A DNA stretch of 64,000 bases from an uncultured bacterium (GTDB lineage: Bacteria > Omnitrophota > Omnitrophia > Omnitrophales > Abzuiibacteriaceae). Of the stretch, positions 9,862-19,874 are shown one piece after another. Under the pieces are notes generated by a model. That model was not told the origin of the DNA, searched no databases, and was given only the letters and a program-made list of their open reading frames with translations. The DNA is taken from the NCBI GenBank assembly GCA_964387845.1, contig CAYLXA010000001.1, positions 96,001 to 160,000 on the forward strand. The letters run 5' to 3'. The position numbers and the translations under genes were made by a program. The number at the start of each line of letters is the position of its first letter. Position 1 is the stretch's first letter.

Positions 9862-10506
9862 CTAGGAGGAGCGCGCTGCTTTGAGTGATTCCAGCTTTTG
9901 CTGGAACTTTTTCGCGCGTTCGGTCACTTCTGCCCAATTGTGCGCGCGGATTAATGACTTATCACAAATAGCACTTCCGATTTCAACCACATTAGCACCA
10001 ACTTTGAGATATTCCAAAAAATTATCGCAAGTCACGCCACCGGAAACCATCAGCCGTGTAATCGGCAGCGCACGTTTCAAACGCTTCGCGAAACTGGGGC
10101 CGCCCAATACATCAATCGGATATAAGTCGATGAGATCAACACCTGAATTAAAAGCATCCATCGCCTCCGTGGCAGTCGCGGCACTTTGAATGACGAACAC
10201 ATTATTGTTTTTACCGACTGTAAGAATAATTTTATCAACAAAGTGGCTCGAAATAAATTTAGCGCCGGCGTTGATTGCGCGCTGCGCCATTTCGCCGTCT
10301 GTGACGGAACTGGCGCCGATCAGGTCGCCGTTTTTGGAAAGCGTCTCGATCAGGCGCGGCGCTTGAGGCACCGACATGGAAATTTCGAGAACTTTGAAAC
10401 CGCCGGCAAGAGCCGCTTTGGCAAGCTGCGCGGCATCGTCATGTTCGCTGGCGCGGACATTTGCGATTAATTTATGATCATCCAGAATTTTGAATACGTC
10501 TTCCAA
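9862..10506 (-). CDS. eda: 2-dehydro-3-deoxyphosphogluconate / 4-hydroxy-2-oxoglutarate aldolase
   Basis: The 214-aa product has an Eda-family TIM barrel with the Schiff-base lysine context (GANVVEIGSA / FKVLEI). Confidence 0.8.
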   Translation of the reverse strand: MEDVFKILDDHKLIANVRASEHDDAAQLAKAALAGGFKVLEISMSVPQAPRLIETLSKNGDLIGASSVTDGEMAQRAINAGAKFISSHFVDKIILTVGKNNNVFVIQSAATATEAMDAFNSGVDLIDLYPIDVLGGPSFAKRLKRALPITRLMVSGGVTCDNFLEYLKVGANVVEIGSAICDKSLIRAHNWAEVTERAKKFQQKLESLKAARSS

Positions 10507-10587
10507 CTTTTCCTAATTTCCTTTCCTGTGACGGACTGAAATTCGGATTATAGACCAACGAACCTGCGTGTCAATACAATATCGGTC

Positions 10588-12594
10588 CTAACCCTTCTTT
10601 TTTAAGACAGATTCCCGATGGAGCCCGTGTTTTTGCTCTAAATCACGGATTTCATCCCTAAATTTTGCCGCCAACACAAAATCCAGCGCGCTGGAAGCGC
10701 GTTCCATCCGGTTATATAAATAAGCGATTTGCGATTTCACTTCGAAATCCTTTTGATCTTCGCCGATCACTTCCTGCGTAAAATTTTCCGCCTTTTTCCA
10801 TTTTTCGATCCCTTCTCGGATTTCTTTACGGATTGTTTCGGGCTTAATATTATTTTTCTCATTGTAATCGCTTTGAATTTTGCGGCGGCGCGCTGTCTCG
10901 TCAATTGCGCGCTTCATCGAATCCGTCACTTTATCGGCATACATGATTACGCGGCCATTCACATGCCTGGCCGCGCGGCCTGCGGTTTGAATAAGCGACA
11001 CGTCGCTTCGCAAAAATCCTTCCTTATCTGCATCTAAAATCGCAACAAGCGACACTTCCGGCAAATCCAACCCTTCGCGCAGTAAATTAATTCCGACAAC
11101 GCAGTCGTATTTTTTAAGCCTAAGGTCGCGCAAAATTTCAACACGCTCAAATGCATCGAGCTCCGAATGTAAATAATGCACTTGAATTCCGACTTCCTTT
11201 AAATAGCGGCTGAGGTCTTCGGCCATGCGCTTCGTAAGTGTTGTGACCAAAACCCGTTCTTGTTTCTGCGAACGCGCTTTAATTTCAGCGATCAGATCAT
11301 CAACCTGCCCTTCGGTTTTACGGACTTCGATTTCGGGATCCATCAAGCCCGTCGGCCGGATGATTTGTTCGATTGTCTGCTGCGCGCGCTCATTTTCATA
11401 AGGCCCCGGCGTCGCGGAAACATATAAAGCCTGGCCCGTCATTTTCTCGAATTCGGCAAAATTAAGGGGCCGGTTATCCAGCGCCGATGGCAGGCGGAAG
11501 CCGTGCTCTACGAGAACTTTTTTGCGCGAAAGGTCGCCATGATACATGCCGCGGACTTGCGGAATGCTTTGGTGGGATTCATCGATAATGGTTAAATAAC
11601 CTTTGGGCATATAATCCAAAAATGTGTACGGCTTGGAGCCCGGCGCGCGGCCCGAGAGATGCCTCGAATAATTTTCGATGCCGGAGCAATAGCCGACTTC
11701 ACGCAGCATTTCGAGGTCGTACTTGGTGCGCGATTCAAGGCGCTTTGCTTCAAGATCCCTTCCCTGTCCGATCAAGACTTTAACATGCTGCGCGAGTTCC
11801 TCTTTAATCGCTTTCATCGCATCATTCAGCCGGTCGCTTGTCGTGACGAAATGTTTCGCCGGATAAATCGCGAGTTTCTTTAAGGACTGAACCGGTTTGA
11901 AAGAATTTTTGTCTAAAAGCGAAATGGATTCGATCAATTTTCCGCGAAATTGAATCCGGTAAGGGCTTTCGCCGTATGACGGAAACAAATCAACCACATC
12001 GCCGCGCGCGCGGACCGTACCGCGCTTGAAATCGGCGTCCTGGCGGTTATATTGAATTGCAATCACAGATTTTAAGAATTCATCGCGTAAAATCGCTTGT
12101 CCCGTTGCGATTTGAACCAGCATGCCCTGCCAATCTTCGGGAGCGCCCAAGCCATAAATGCAGGAGACGCTGGCGACCACGATACAATCCTCGCGCGACA
12201 AAGCCGCGCTCGTTGCTGAAAGCCGCAGGCGGTCGAGATCATCATTAATGGAAGCATCTTTTTCGATGTACGTATCCGTATGCGGTACATAAGCTTCCGG
12301 CTGGTAATAATCATAATAGGAAACGAAATATTCGACTGCGTTTTCGGGGAAAAACTCTTTGAATTCGCTATAGAGCTGTGCAGCCAGGGTTTTGTTGTGC
12401 GAAATCACAAGCGCGGGCCGGCCCCATTCGGCGATGACATTCGCCATCGTAAACGTTTTGCCGGAACCTGTCACACCGACCAAAACCTGCTCTTTTAAAT
12501 TTTGATTGAGGCCGCTCACAATTTTTTCGATGGCTTGCGGCTGATCGCCTCTGGCTTTAAAGGAAGAGACTAATTTGAAGGGAGAATTTGGCAT
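10588..12594 (-). CDS. uvrB: excinuclease ABC subunit B
   Basis: The 668-aa product has GVTGSGKTF Walker A, a beta-hairpin region, helicase motifs and the C-terminal UvrB/UvrC interaction domain. Confidence 0.95.
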   Translation of the reverse strand: MPNSPFKLVSSFKARGDQPQAIEKIVSGLNQNLKEQVLVGVTGSGKTFTMANVIAEWGRPALVISHNKTLAAQLYSEFKEFFPENAVEYFVSYYDYYQPEAYVPHTDTYIEKDASINDDLDRLRLSATSAALSREDCIVVASVSCIYGLGAPEDWQGMLVQIATGQAILRDEFLKSVIAIQYNRQDADFKRGTVRARGDVVDLFPSYGESPYRIQFRGKLIESISLLDKNSFKPVQSLKKLAIYPAKHFVTTSDRLNDAMKAIKEELAQHVKVLIGQGRDLEAKRLESRTKYDLEMLREVGYCSGIENYSRHLSGRAPGSKPYTFLDYMPKGYLTIIDESHQSIPQVRGMYHGDLSRKKVLVEHGFRLPSALDNRPLNFAEFEKMTGQALYVSATPGPYENERAQQTIEQIIRPTGLMDPEIEVRKTEGQVDDLIAEIKARSQKQERVLVTTLTKRMAEDLSRYLKEVGIQVHYLHSELDAFERVEILRDLRLKKYDCVVGINLLREGLDLPEVSLVAILDADKEGFLRSDVSLIQTAGRAARHVNGRVIMYADKVTDSMKRAIDETARRRKIQSDYNEKNNIKPETIRKEIREGIEKWKKAENFTQEVIGEDQKDFEVKSQIAYLYNRMERASSALDFVLAAKFRDEIRDLEQKHGLHRESVLKKKG

Positions 12595-12610
12595 TGCGTC
12601 CTACCAATAC

Positions 12611-14704
12611 TCAATGAGGCTTAAAACCGGCTTTTCGGAGGCCCGCCTGAATTTCCGGATTCTTCATGAACAGCCGCCAAATAAGGCCTGTTCTGTAGTT
12701 TTCAATGGCCAACACAATTGGGCCTTGATCAAGGCCGAGGTGATGCTCGCTCACCCAATTTTGTTTGGGATTGAGCGCATCCTTAAATCCGTAGGGGCCC
12801 CAAACTTTTTCGCCGTACTGGTCTTTGATATATTTCATGGCTGCAATTGAAAGCGGCGGCGTAAACATAATGGAAGTCGCGGCAGCCGTCGGCGCAATCG
12901 TGCCGTCATTTAAAACCGGAACCGCAGAACCCATGGGCGGCGCACCGTACGCCTTGTAACCGCCTGGCCCTTCGGAGGCCGTCAAACCCCAAAGTTCCGG
13001 CGGATAATCATTGGCCCTCATCGAGAATTCACGGTTAGCAAACGTTGCTAGAATTGAATTTTCAAAATAATTAGCATAAGCGTCTCGAATTCCGCGGAAA
13101 TCAACCCATAAATGCGAATATTGATGGGTGAAAAGCGGCGCGCATGCAATCAGCTCATACGGGCCGTAACTGCTTTTCTGGTAAGTAGAAGCCCATGCTT
13201 TCCAGCTTTCAGCCGGAATTGCATTGGCTGGCGCGCCCAACGCCAACAGATAAACAATCATGGCTTCATTGTAGCCGCGCAATTCAAACGTATTCGGGCC
13301 ATTTTTCTTGGACCAATGCCACGGCAAAAGGCCGCGCTCATCTTCCGACCGTTCCCGCTTAAGCAGCGCATCCCAATGAATCCCTCTGTAAAATTCGTCC
13401 ACTTTATCGCGAAACGACTTTTCCTCCGCTGTCGGGCCGCTGAAATATTGCTTCGCGGTCAAGGCGCCTGCGAGAAAAAACGATGTTTCAACCGAATCTC
13501 CCATCTCGATTTCCCAGATTTCTTTGCGGCCGGGCCCAAGCCAGTGCGGCAGGAGGCCTTGATACCGGTTTAATTGGTAAAGCGCAACATCCATCATCCG
13601 GTTTAAACGCTTGAGAGCTTCCTCCCGGCTCATCCACTTACGCTCGACGCCAATGACATAAGCCGGCATTTGAAACCCGCTCAAACCTGTCGAAAAAACT
13701 TCGCCGCTTGAGTGACGATCCTTCACAAAATAGGATTGAGATTCTACTTCATTGACAAAATAATCGAACGTGCTCTTCTGAATTTCGTCGAGAAATTTGT
13801 CGAAATTAAAACGATTGCGAATGGCAATAAGGCTCACGGGGCCTTCACTGCGTTTGCCGTGCGGATCGACTGTTACGCCCCTCAACCAATATTTCCCGCC
13901 CAAAAATCCGCCGACCGGCCATTCATATTCGTACGTCAGTTTGCCCTCATCAGGAAAACCTGCAAGATAAAACCAATGCTTTTCATCCCATGAAGCTTCA
14001 AATCTAAATTCTTCAAATTCACCCTTCTTCGGAACGCGTGTCGAAAGTTTCAACTTCGTCGTTTCACCGACTTCATACGGCACTCTGAACGGAACATCGC
14101 CGTTAATCATCACCGCTCCGGGCTTCGGGAGGTCTGTCTTACCGGCTTTAGCTTCATCCAACTCGATAAATTCCAAATCATCAATGTAAAGCGTGCCCAG
14201 CCGCGGCGCAGTCCGGCCTTCTTCGAAGACAAAAACAAATTCGGTCAGATCGTCTTTTTTCAAATGCGAATGATTGGAAAGTTGTGATACAGGAACCGTG
14301 ATTTGTTTCCACGCATCGCGCTCCGACTTTTCAACCACAAAGCTGTGAATAGCATCATCTTTGAGTTCAATTTTGAATGCGGATTGGCTTCCTCGAATCC
14401 AAAACCGGATCGCATTGAATTGTGGCGGAATTTGATTCGGGTAAAATCTCAGGAACGTGCCGCCGTAACCCTCGCTCACGTTGTATTCGATGGCAAGCAC
14501 CGTGCCGCGCTCGGCATCTTTAACCAGATTTGACCTGACATAAGGCACGCGTGCATTCGGTTTCCCGCCGCCCGTAAAGTTACCGCGCTCCTCAATGATC
14601 TTGGTTTTAGACATGTCAAAACTGTCCACCAGATAAGCATGCAGATGCAAAGGAAAGACAAAGAGAATGGCGAAAGTCAGGACGTAGCTATAAAAACGAT
14701 TCAT
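12611..14704 (-). CDS. secreted glycoside-hydrolase-like protein (glucoamylase-like / DUF3131 / GH144-like C-terminal domain) with an N-terminal CBM-like domain
   Basis: The 697-aa product has a signal peptide and an N-terminal beta-sandwich-like region (YIDDLEF). The C-terminal region (LFTHQYSHLWVDFRG, WGLTASEGPGGY) resembles the (alpha/alpha)6 glucoamylase-like family. Confidence 0.55.
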   Translation of the reverse strand: MNRFYSYVLTFAILFVFPLHLHAYLVDSFDMSKTKIIEERGNFTGGGKPNARVPYVRSNLVKDAERGTVLAIEYNVSEGYGGTFLRFYPNQIPPQFNAIRFWIRGSQSAFKIELKDDAIHSFVVEKSERDAWKQITVPVSQLSNHSHLKKDDLTEFVFVFEEGRTAPRLGTLYIDDLEFIELDEAKAGKTDLPKPGAVMINGDVPFRVPYEVGETTKLKLSTRVPKKGEFEEFRFEASWDEKHWFYLAGFPDEGKLTYEYEWPVGGFLGGKYWLRGVTVDPHGKRSEGPVSLIAIRNRFNFDKFLDEIQKSTFDYFVNEVESQSYFVKDRHSSGEVFSTGLSGFQMPAYVIGVERKWMSREEALKRLNRMMDVALYQLNRYQGLLPHWLGPGRKEIWEIEMGDSVETSFFLAGALTAKQYFSGPTAEEKSFRDKVDEFYRGIHWDALLKRERSEDERGLLPWHWSKKNGPNTFELRGYNEAMIVYLLALGAPANAIPAESWKAWASTYQKSSYGPYELIACAPLFTHQYSHLWVDFRGIRDAYANYFENSILATFANREFSMRANDYPPELWGLTASEGPGGYKAYGAPPMGSAVPVLNDGTIAPTAAATSIMFTPPLSIAAMKYIKDQYGEKVWGPYGFKDALNPKQNWVSEHHLGLDQGPIVLAIENYRTGLIWRLFMKNPEIQAGLRKAGFKPH

Positions 14705-15540
14705 TGCATCACCTCAATCGAAAAATCAAACGCACGCGGCGAGTGTGTAATGGCACCGACGGAAATCCGGTCAACACCGGCCTTGGCAATTTGCCGGACA
14801 TTTTTCATGGAAACACTGCCCGATACTTCGATGGCTGATTTTGAATGCCGCCGGACCAATTTCACGGCCCGTTTGATATTTGAAATCGAAAAATTGTCTA
14901 ATAAAATGACGGCCGGTCTTGCTTCTAAGATTACTTTTATTTCTTTTAAATGCTTCTCTTCGATTTCCAATATCACATTCTTGGCATGCAATCTCTTCAC
15001 CTTCCGCTTAAGATCCTGCACGTTTTTTGCAAAATGCCAGTGATTGTCTTTCACGAACCCCTGGTCCCAGAGCCCCATCCGGTGATTCTCACCGCCGCCC
15101 ATTTTAACCGCATACTTCTCGAGCTCTCGCCATAGGGGCGTTGTTTTGCGCGTATCGTAAATTTTAGCTTTAGTTCCTTTGACCTTCTTCACGAAATAAT
15201 GAGTTTCAGTCGCAATGCCCGATAGATGCGAAATAAAATTGAGCGCCGTCCGCTCGGCTCCGAGCATTGATGCTGCATGTCCCTTCATTTCGCAAATTTT
15301 TCCGCCGTGTGAAATTTTATCGCCATCCTTTTTAAACCATCGAAGCTTCGTTTTGGAATTCGCCGCGCGAAAAACCTCCTCAAAAACCGGCCTTCCGGCC
15401 AAAATACCGCTCCCCTTTGCGATCAGGGCTGCTTTTCCCGTCGCTTTTGGCGATACAAAAATCCGGGTCGTTACGTCGCCCGGGCCGATATCTTCTTTGA
15501 GCGCTTCGCGGATCAATTTTTTAGTCTTGGTCGAAAACAT
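14701..15540 (-). CDS. nadC: nicotinate-nucleotide pyrophosphorylase (quinolinate phosphoribosyltransferase)
   Basis: The 279-aa product matches the QPRTase family (LDNFS, GSVSMKN, GVDRISVGAITHS). Confidence 0.9.
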   Translation of the reverse strand: MFSTKTKKLIREALKEDIGPGDVTTRIFVSPKATGKAALIAKGSGILAGRPVFEEVFRAANSKTKLRWFKKDGDKISHGGKICEMKGHAASMLGAERTALNFISHLSGIATETHYFVKKVKGTKAKIYDTRKTTPLWRELEKYAVKMGGGENHRMGLWDQGFVKDNHWHFAKNVQDLKRKVKRLHAKNVILEIEEKHLKEIKVILEARPAVILLDNFSISNIKRAVKLVRRHSKSAIEVSGSVSMKNVRQIAKAGVDRISVGAITHSPRAFDFSIEVMQ

Positions 15541-15542
15541 GT

Positions 15543-18221
15543 TTACCGGCTCGTTAAAATCGCGAGATTTTCCTGATACGCTTTAAGTTCTTTTGCGGCG
15601 TTTTCTTTCTTTGTTTTTTCGTCCTCCACCACTTCTTCCGGAGCGCGGGCAACAAAATTTTGATTGGAAAGTTTCTTGTCGATTGAATCGATGTAACGCG
15701 CAAGTTCGTCGATTTTCTTGCGAGTTTTGGTTTCGGCTACTTTCAAATCATCTTGCTTAATATCCGTCACAAAAATTTCCATACTCGCTGATGCGCGGCC
15801 CACCATGCCGGGCTTTTTAGAAATCTTTCCGGCATAACTAAGCTCGGCAACACGCGTTAAACGTTTAATGGAAGATTCAAGGTCCTTCAACAAACCCAGA
15901 TTGTCTTTCGAATCAGAAGTCACCGTAACGCGTGTGGACTTTTCGGTTGCGATGCCCAATAGCGACTGAAGGTCGCGAATGCCGGAAACCGCTTCTTGAA
16001 ATAATGCAAACTTCTCGGATTCGGAATTAAAAATGAATTTCTTCTCGGCGGCAGGCCAAACCGAAAGCATGACGGACGGTTCTTCAAAAAGCGGGGTTTT
16101 GATGAGGCTCTTCAGTTTCTGCCAGATTTCTTCAGTCACAAACGGCATAAAAGGATGCAAAAGCCTGAGCGATCGCTCTAAAACATAAACCAAAACCGAA
16201 CGCGTCGTCTCGGCGCGCGCTTCGCCTTCATCGCCCATAAACGCAGGCTTTGCGAGCTCCAAATACCAGTCGCAGAAAGAATGCCAGAAAAAGTGATAAA
16301 TTGCGGAAGCCGCGTCATTAAAGCGGAATTGCTCGATGTATTTTGTGATTTCCTGGATGGTTTTCTGAAGTTCGGTCAAAATCCACCGGTCCGTCACCGA
16401 AAGTTCGTTTTCCTGAATCCTAATTTCCTTCAAATGCATGACGTTTGTGAGCACAAAGCGCGAGGCGTTCCAGATTTTGTTCGTGAAATTGCGTCCAAGG
16501 TCAAATTTCTCCTTGGACAAATAAGCATCTTGCCCGCTAGCGGTGAGCATGATGACCGAAAACCTTAAGGCATCGGCGCCAATTTCATCAATCACGGTCA
16601 AAGGATCAATCGCGTTGCCGAGTGATTTGGACATTTTCTGGCCGGAATCGGTGCGGACAGTGCCGTGAATATAAATGCGCGAAAACGGCTCCTTGCCCAT
16701 AAAAAAGAGGCCAGCCATGATCATGCGCGCCACCCAGAAGAAAATAATTTCGGGCGCGGTCACGAGGACTGAAGTCGGATAGAAATATTTGAGGTCTTTT
16801 GTTTTCTCTGGCCAGCCAAGGGTTGAAAACGGCCAAAGCCAGGATGAAAACCAGGTATCGAGCATATCGGGATCGCGCTTTAATTTTGAAGAGCCGCATT
16901 CAGGGCAAAGTTTCGGATCTTCACGCGTGACAATCGGCTTTTTACATTTATTTTCACAATACCAAACCGGAATCTGATGCCCCCACCAAATTTGGCGGGA
17001 AATGCACCAATCGCGGATATTATCCAGCCAGCCCGAATAAACTTTATTCCAACGCTCCGGAAAAAACTGAGTTTTCCCTTCTTTGTGCGCGCGGATCGCT
17101 TTCTCCGCCAGAGGCTTCATCCGCACAAACCATTGTTTGGATAAATAAGGCTCGACCACTGTATCGCAGCGGTAACAATGCCCGACAGCGTGCTTGTGGG
17201 AAACACGTTTCACAAAAAGCCCGAGCGCTTCCAAATCATGGATGATCTTTTTGCGCGCTTCGAAGCGATCCAGATTTTTATAAGCGCCGCCCGCTTCATT
17301 GACGGTTCCGTTGGGGTTTAAGACATTAATGACCGGAATTTCGGGATGGCGCGATTGAAACGCAAAATCGTTCGGATCGTGCGCCGGCGTAATCTTCACG
17401 ATACCGGTTCCGAAATCCATATCGACAAATTCATCGGCAATTACGGGGATTTTGCGTTCAAGAAGCGGCAGGATCACCTGCCGACCAATTAATTTTTTGT
17501 AACGGTCATCGTTCGGATTAACCGCAACAGCCGTATCGCCGAGCATCGTCTCAGGGCGCGTGGTGGCAACCACCACATGTTCTTTTGGGTTGTCTGCGAG
17601 CGGATATTGAATGTGATAAAGCGCGCCTTCGGTTTCTTTATGCGCGGCTTCTTCATCCGAAAGCGCCGTTTGGCAGCGCGGGCACCAATTGATGATGTAA
17701 TCGCCTTGATAAATTAGATCCTTTTCATAAAGTGTGACGAATGACTCGCGCACCGCGCGCGAAAGGCCTTCATCCATCGTAAAGCGCTCACGCGACCAGT
17801 CGCAAGAAGCGCCGAGACGGCGCAGCTGCTTAACGATCGTAGAGCCGTGGTCTTCTTTCCATTTCCAAACTTCCTCAATAAACTTTTCGCGGCCAAGTGT
17901 ATGGCGTGATTTCCCTTCTTTGGCGAGTTTTTTTTCTACCACATTTTGCGTTGCGATACCGGCATGATCCACACCCGGAATCCAAAGTGTCGATTTTTCG
18001 CGCATGCGTTCAAAACGAATCAAAATATCTTGAATGGTGTTGTTTAAAGCGTGGCCCATATGCAGAATTCCGGTCACATTGGGCGGCGGGATTACAATGG
18101 TAAAACGTTGTTCGGGAGGAAGCGACTCGTTTATCTTCGGAGTGAAAAACCCGGACGACTCCCACGCCGTGTACCACTTGGATTCGACATCCTTGGGCTT
18201 ATATTGTGAAGGTAAATCCAT
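15543..18221 (-). CDS. valS: valine--tRNA ligase
   Basis: The 892-aa product has a HIGH motif (PPPNVTGILHMGHAL), KMSKS (KMSKSLGN) and a C-terminal coiled coil. Confidence 0.95.
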   Translation of the reverse strand: MDLPSQYKPKDVESKWYTAWESSGFFTPKINESLPPEQRFTIVIPPPNVTGILHMGHALNNTIQDILIRFERMREKSTLWIPGVDHAGIATQNVVEKKLAKEGKSRHTLGREKFIEEVWKWKEDHGSTIVKQLRRLGASCDWSRERFTMDEGLSRAVRESFVTLYEKDLIYQGDYIINWCPRCQTALSDEEAAHKETEGALYHIQYPLADNPKEHVVVATTRPETMLGDTAVAVNPNDDRYKKLIGRQVILPLLERKIPVIADEFVDMDFGTGIVKITPAHDPNDFAFQSRHPEIPVINVLNPNGTVNEAGGAYKNLDRFEARKKIIHDLEALGLFVKRVSHKHAVGHCYRCDTVVEPYLSKQWFVRMKPLAEKAIRAHKEGKTQFFPERWNKVYSGWLDNIRDWCISRQIWWGHQIPVWYCENKCKKPIVTREDPKLCPECGSSKLKRDPDMLDTWFSSWLWPFSTLGWPEKTKDLKYFYPTSVLVTAPEIIFFWVARMIMAGLFFMGKEPFSRIYIHGTVRTDSGQKMSKSLGNAIDPLTVIDEIGADALRFSVIMLTASGQDAYLSKEKFDLGRNFTNKIWNASRFVLTNVMHLKEIRIQENELSVTDRWILTELQKTIQEITKYIEQFRFNDAASAIYHFFWHSFCDWYLELAKPAFMGDEGEARAETTRSVLVYVLERSLRLLHPFMPFVTEEIWQKLKSLIKTPLFEEPSVMLSVWPAAEKKFIFNSESEKFALFQEAVSGIRDLQSLLGIATEKSTRVTVTSDSKDNLGLLKDLESSIKRLTRVAELSYAGKISKKPGMVGRASASMEIFVTDIKQDDLKVAETKTRKKIDELARYIDSIDKKLSNQNFVARAPEEVVEDEKTKKENAAKELKAYQENLAILTSR

Positions 18222-18228
18222 ATTTCAA

Positions 18229-18314
18229 AGTGGTAAGTTTTAAGTAGTAAGTTTTAAGTTTGAAAGATGAATCATGCGATGACAATTTTACTTATCACTT
18301 ATAACTTATCACTT
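18229..18314. repeat. GTGGTAAG-family palindromic repeat (a degenerate copy) 3' of the cimA-like gene
   Basis: The sequence 'aagtggtaagttttaagtagtaagttttaagtt ... acttatcacttataacttatcacttaaac' has imperfect inverted arms built from GTAAG/TTATCACTT units. Confidence 0.65.
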
Positions 18315-19872
18315 AAACCTTAAGTAATTTGTACTCGATGGCTTCCACAAGCGCTTGCCAGCTTGCTTCAATGACGTTTTCAGAAACGCCGACAGTAGAC
18401 CAAGAGCCCTTGTCATCCTGAAATTCAATGAATACGCGGACTTTCGCTGCCGTGCCTGCTTCGGAATTGACAACACGGACTTTGTAATCCGTAAGGTGAA
18501 TTTTTTCGACCACAGGGTAAAATTTTACAAGCGCTTTACGCAAAGCGTTATCAAGAGCGTTCACCGGACCGTCGCCCTGCGCGACGGTGTGTTCTACTTC
18601 ATCGCCGACTTTGATTTCAACGGTTGCTTCAGACGTTGCGCCGCCGCCGTTCACTTTCTCATCCAACACGCGCACTTTTTGCACTGTAAAAAGCTGCTTA
18701 TATTTTCCGGTTTCTTTTTTGATCAAAAGCTCAAAACTTGCCTCAGCGGCTTCAAATTGATAACCTTGGTTCTCTAAATTCTGGACTTTTTCTAAAATCG
18801 CGCGTGTCGCGGGCGTATCTTTTGTCAAACCCAAATGCATTTCAGCGGATTTGGCGAGCACATTGGATTTTCCGCTTAATTCCGATACCAAAAAGCGCGT
18901 ATGATTGCCGACAAGGCCCGGATTGATATGTTCGTATGTCTTGCGGTTTTTCATCATGGCATTGACGTGCACGCCGCCTTTGTGCGCAAACGCAGAACGT
19001 CCGGTGAACGGCTGGCTGCCGCGTACGGGCATATTGCAAACTTCCGACACAAAATGCGAAAGATCGGTCAATCCCTTCAATTTTTTTGGGCTCAAAACTT
19101 TAAACCCTAGCTTGAGCTGCAAGAGCGGAATGATTGTGGTCAAATTCGCGTTGCCGCAGCGTTCACCGTAACCGTTGATTGTTCCCTGCACTTGAACGGC
19201 ACCATGTTCGATCGCCGTAACAGAATTGGCAACCGCAAGGCCGTCATCGTTATGGACATGGATCCCGAGCGGGGTTTTCACGGTTTTCCGAACCCGTTTT
19301 ACCGCGATGGCCACTCGATGCGGGATTGATCCGCCGTTTGTATCACACAGGCAGATCAAATCGGCACCGGCTTTGGCAGCTGCTTTCAATGTTTCGAGCG
19401 CGTATTTTTGATTTTCCCGAAAACCGTCAAAAAAATGTTCGGCATCATAGATCACAAATTTCTTTTTTGACTTGAGATAACGCACGCTGTCTTCGATCAT
19501 CGCAAGATTCTCTTTCAGCGATGTTTTAAACACTTCGCGGACATGAAAATCCCAGCTTTTTCCGAAAATCGTAATCACCTTCGTGTCGGCCTCAAGCAAC
19601 AATTTGATTTGTTCGTCAGAAGAGACTTTGACTCCTGCGCGGCGCGTAGATCCGAACGCGGCGATTTTCGCGTGTTTCAATTTGAGCTTCTTGGCTTCTT
19701 TAAAAAACGCCAAGTCTTTCGGATTGGAGCCCGGCCATCCGCCTTCGATGAAGTCGATGCCGAACTGGTCAAAACGTTTCGCCAAGGTGAGTTTGTCGCT
19801 TAAAGACAAGCTCACGCCCTCGCCCTGCGTTCCGTCCCTTAAAGTTGTGTCGTAAATTTGAACTTTTTTCAT
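18313..19872 (-). CDS. citramalate synthase / 2-isopropylmalate synthase family (CimA-like)
   Basis: The 519-aa product has an HMGL-like TIM barrel (YDTTLRDGTQ, HVHNDDGLAVANS) plus a LeuA-dimer regulatory domain. Length and context favour citramalate synthase. Confidence 0.75.
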   Translation of the reverse strand: MKKVQIYDTTLRDGTQGEGVSLSLSDKLTLAKRFDQFGIDFIEGGWPGSNPKDLAFFKEAKKLKLKHAKIAAFGSTRRAGVKVSSDEQIKLLLEADTKVITIFGKSWDFHVREVFKTSLKENLAMIEDSVRYLKSKKKFVIYDAEHFFDGFRENQKYALETLKAAAKAGADLICLCDTNGGSIPHRVAIAVKRVRKTVKTPLGIHVHNDDGLAVANSVTAIEHGAVQVQGTINGYGERCGNANLTTIIPLLQLKLGFKVLSPKKLKGLTDLSHFVSEVCNMPVRGSQPFTGRSAFAHKGGVHVNAMMKNRKTYEHINPGLVGNHTRFLVSELSGKSNVLAKSAEMHLGLTKDTPATRAILEKVQNLENQGYQFEAAEASFELLIKKETGKYKQLFTVQKVRVLDEKVNGGGATSEATVEIKVGDEVEHTVAQGDGPVNALDNALRKALVKFYPVVEKIHLTDYKVRVVNSEAGTAAKVRVFIEFQDDKGSWSTVGVSENVIEASWQALVEAIEYKLLKV

Positions 19873-19874
19873 TT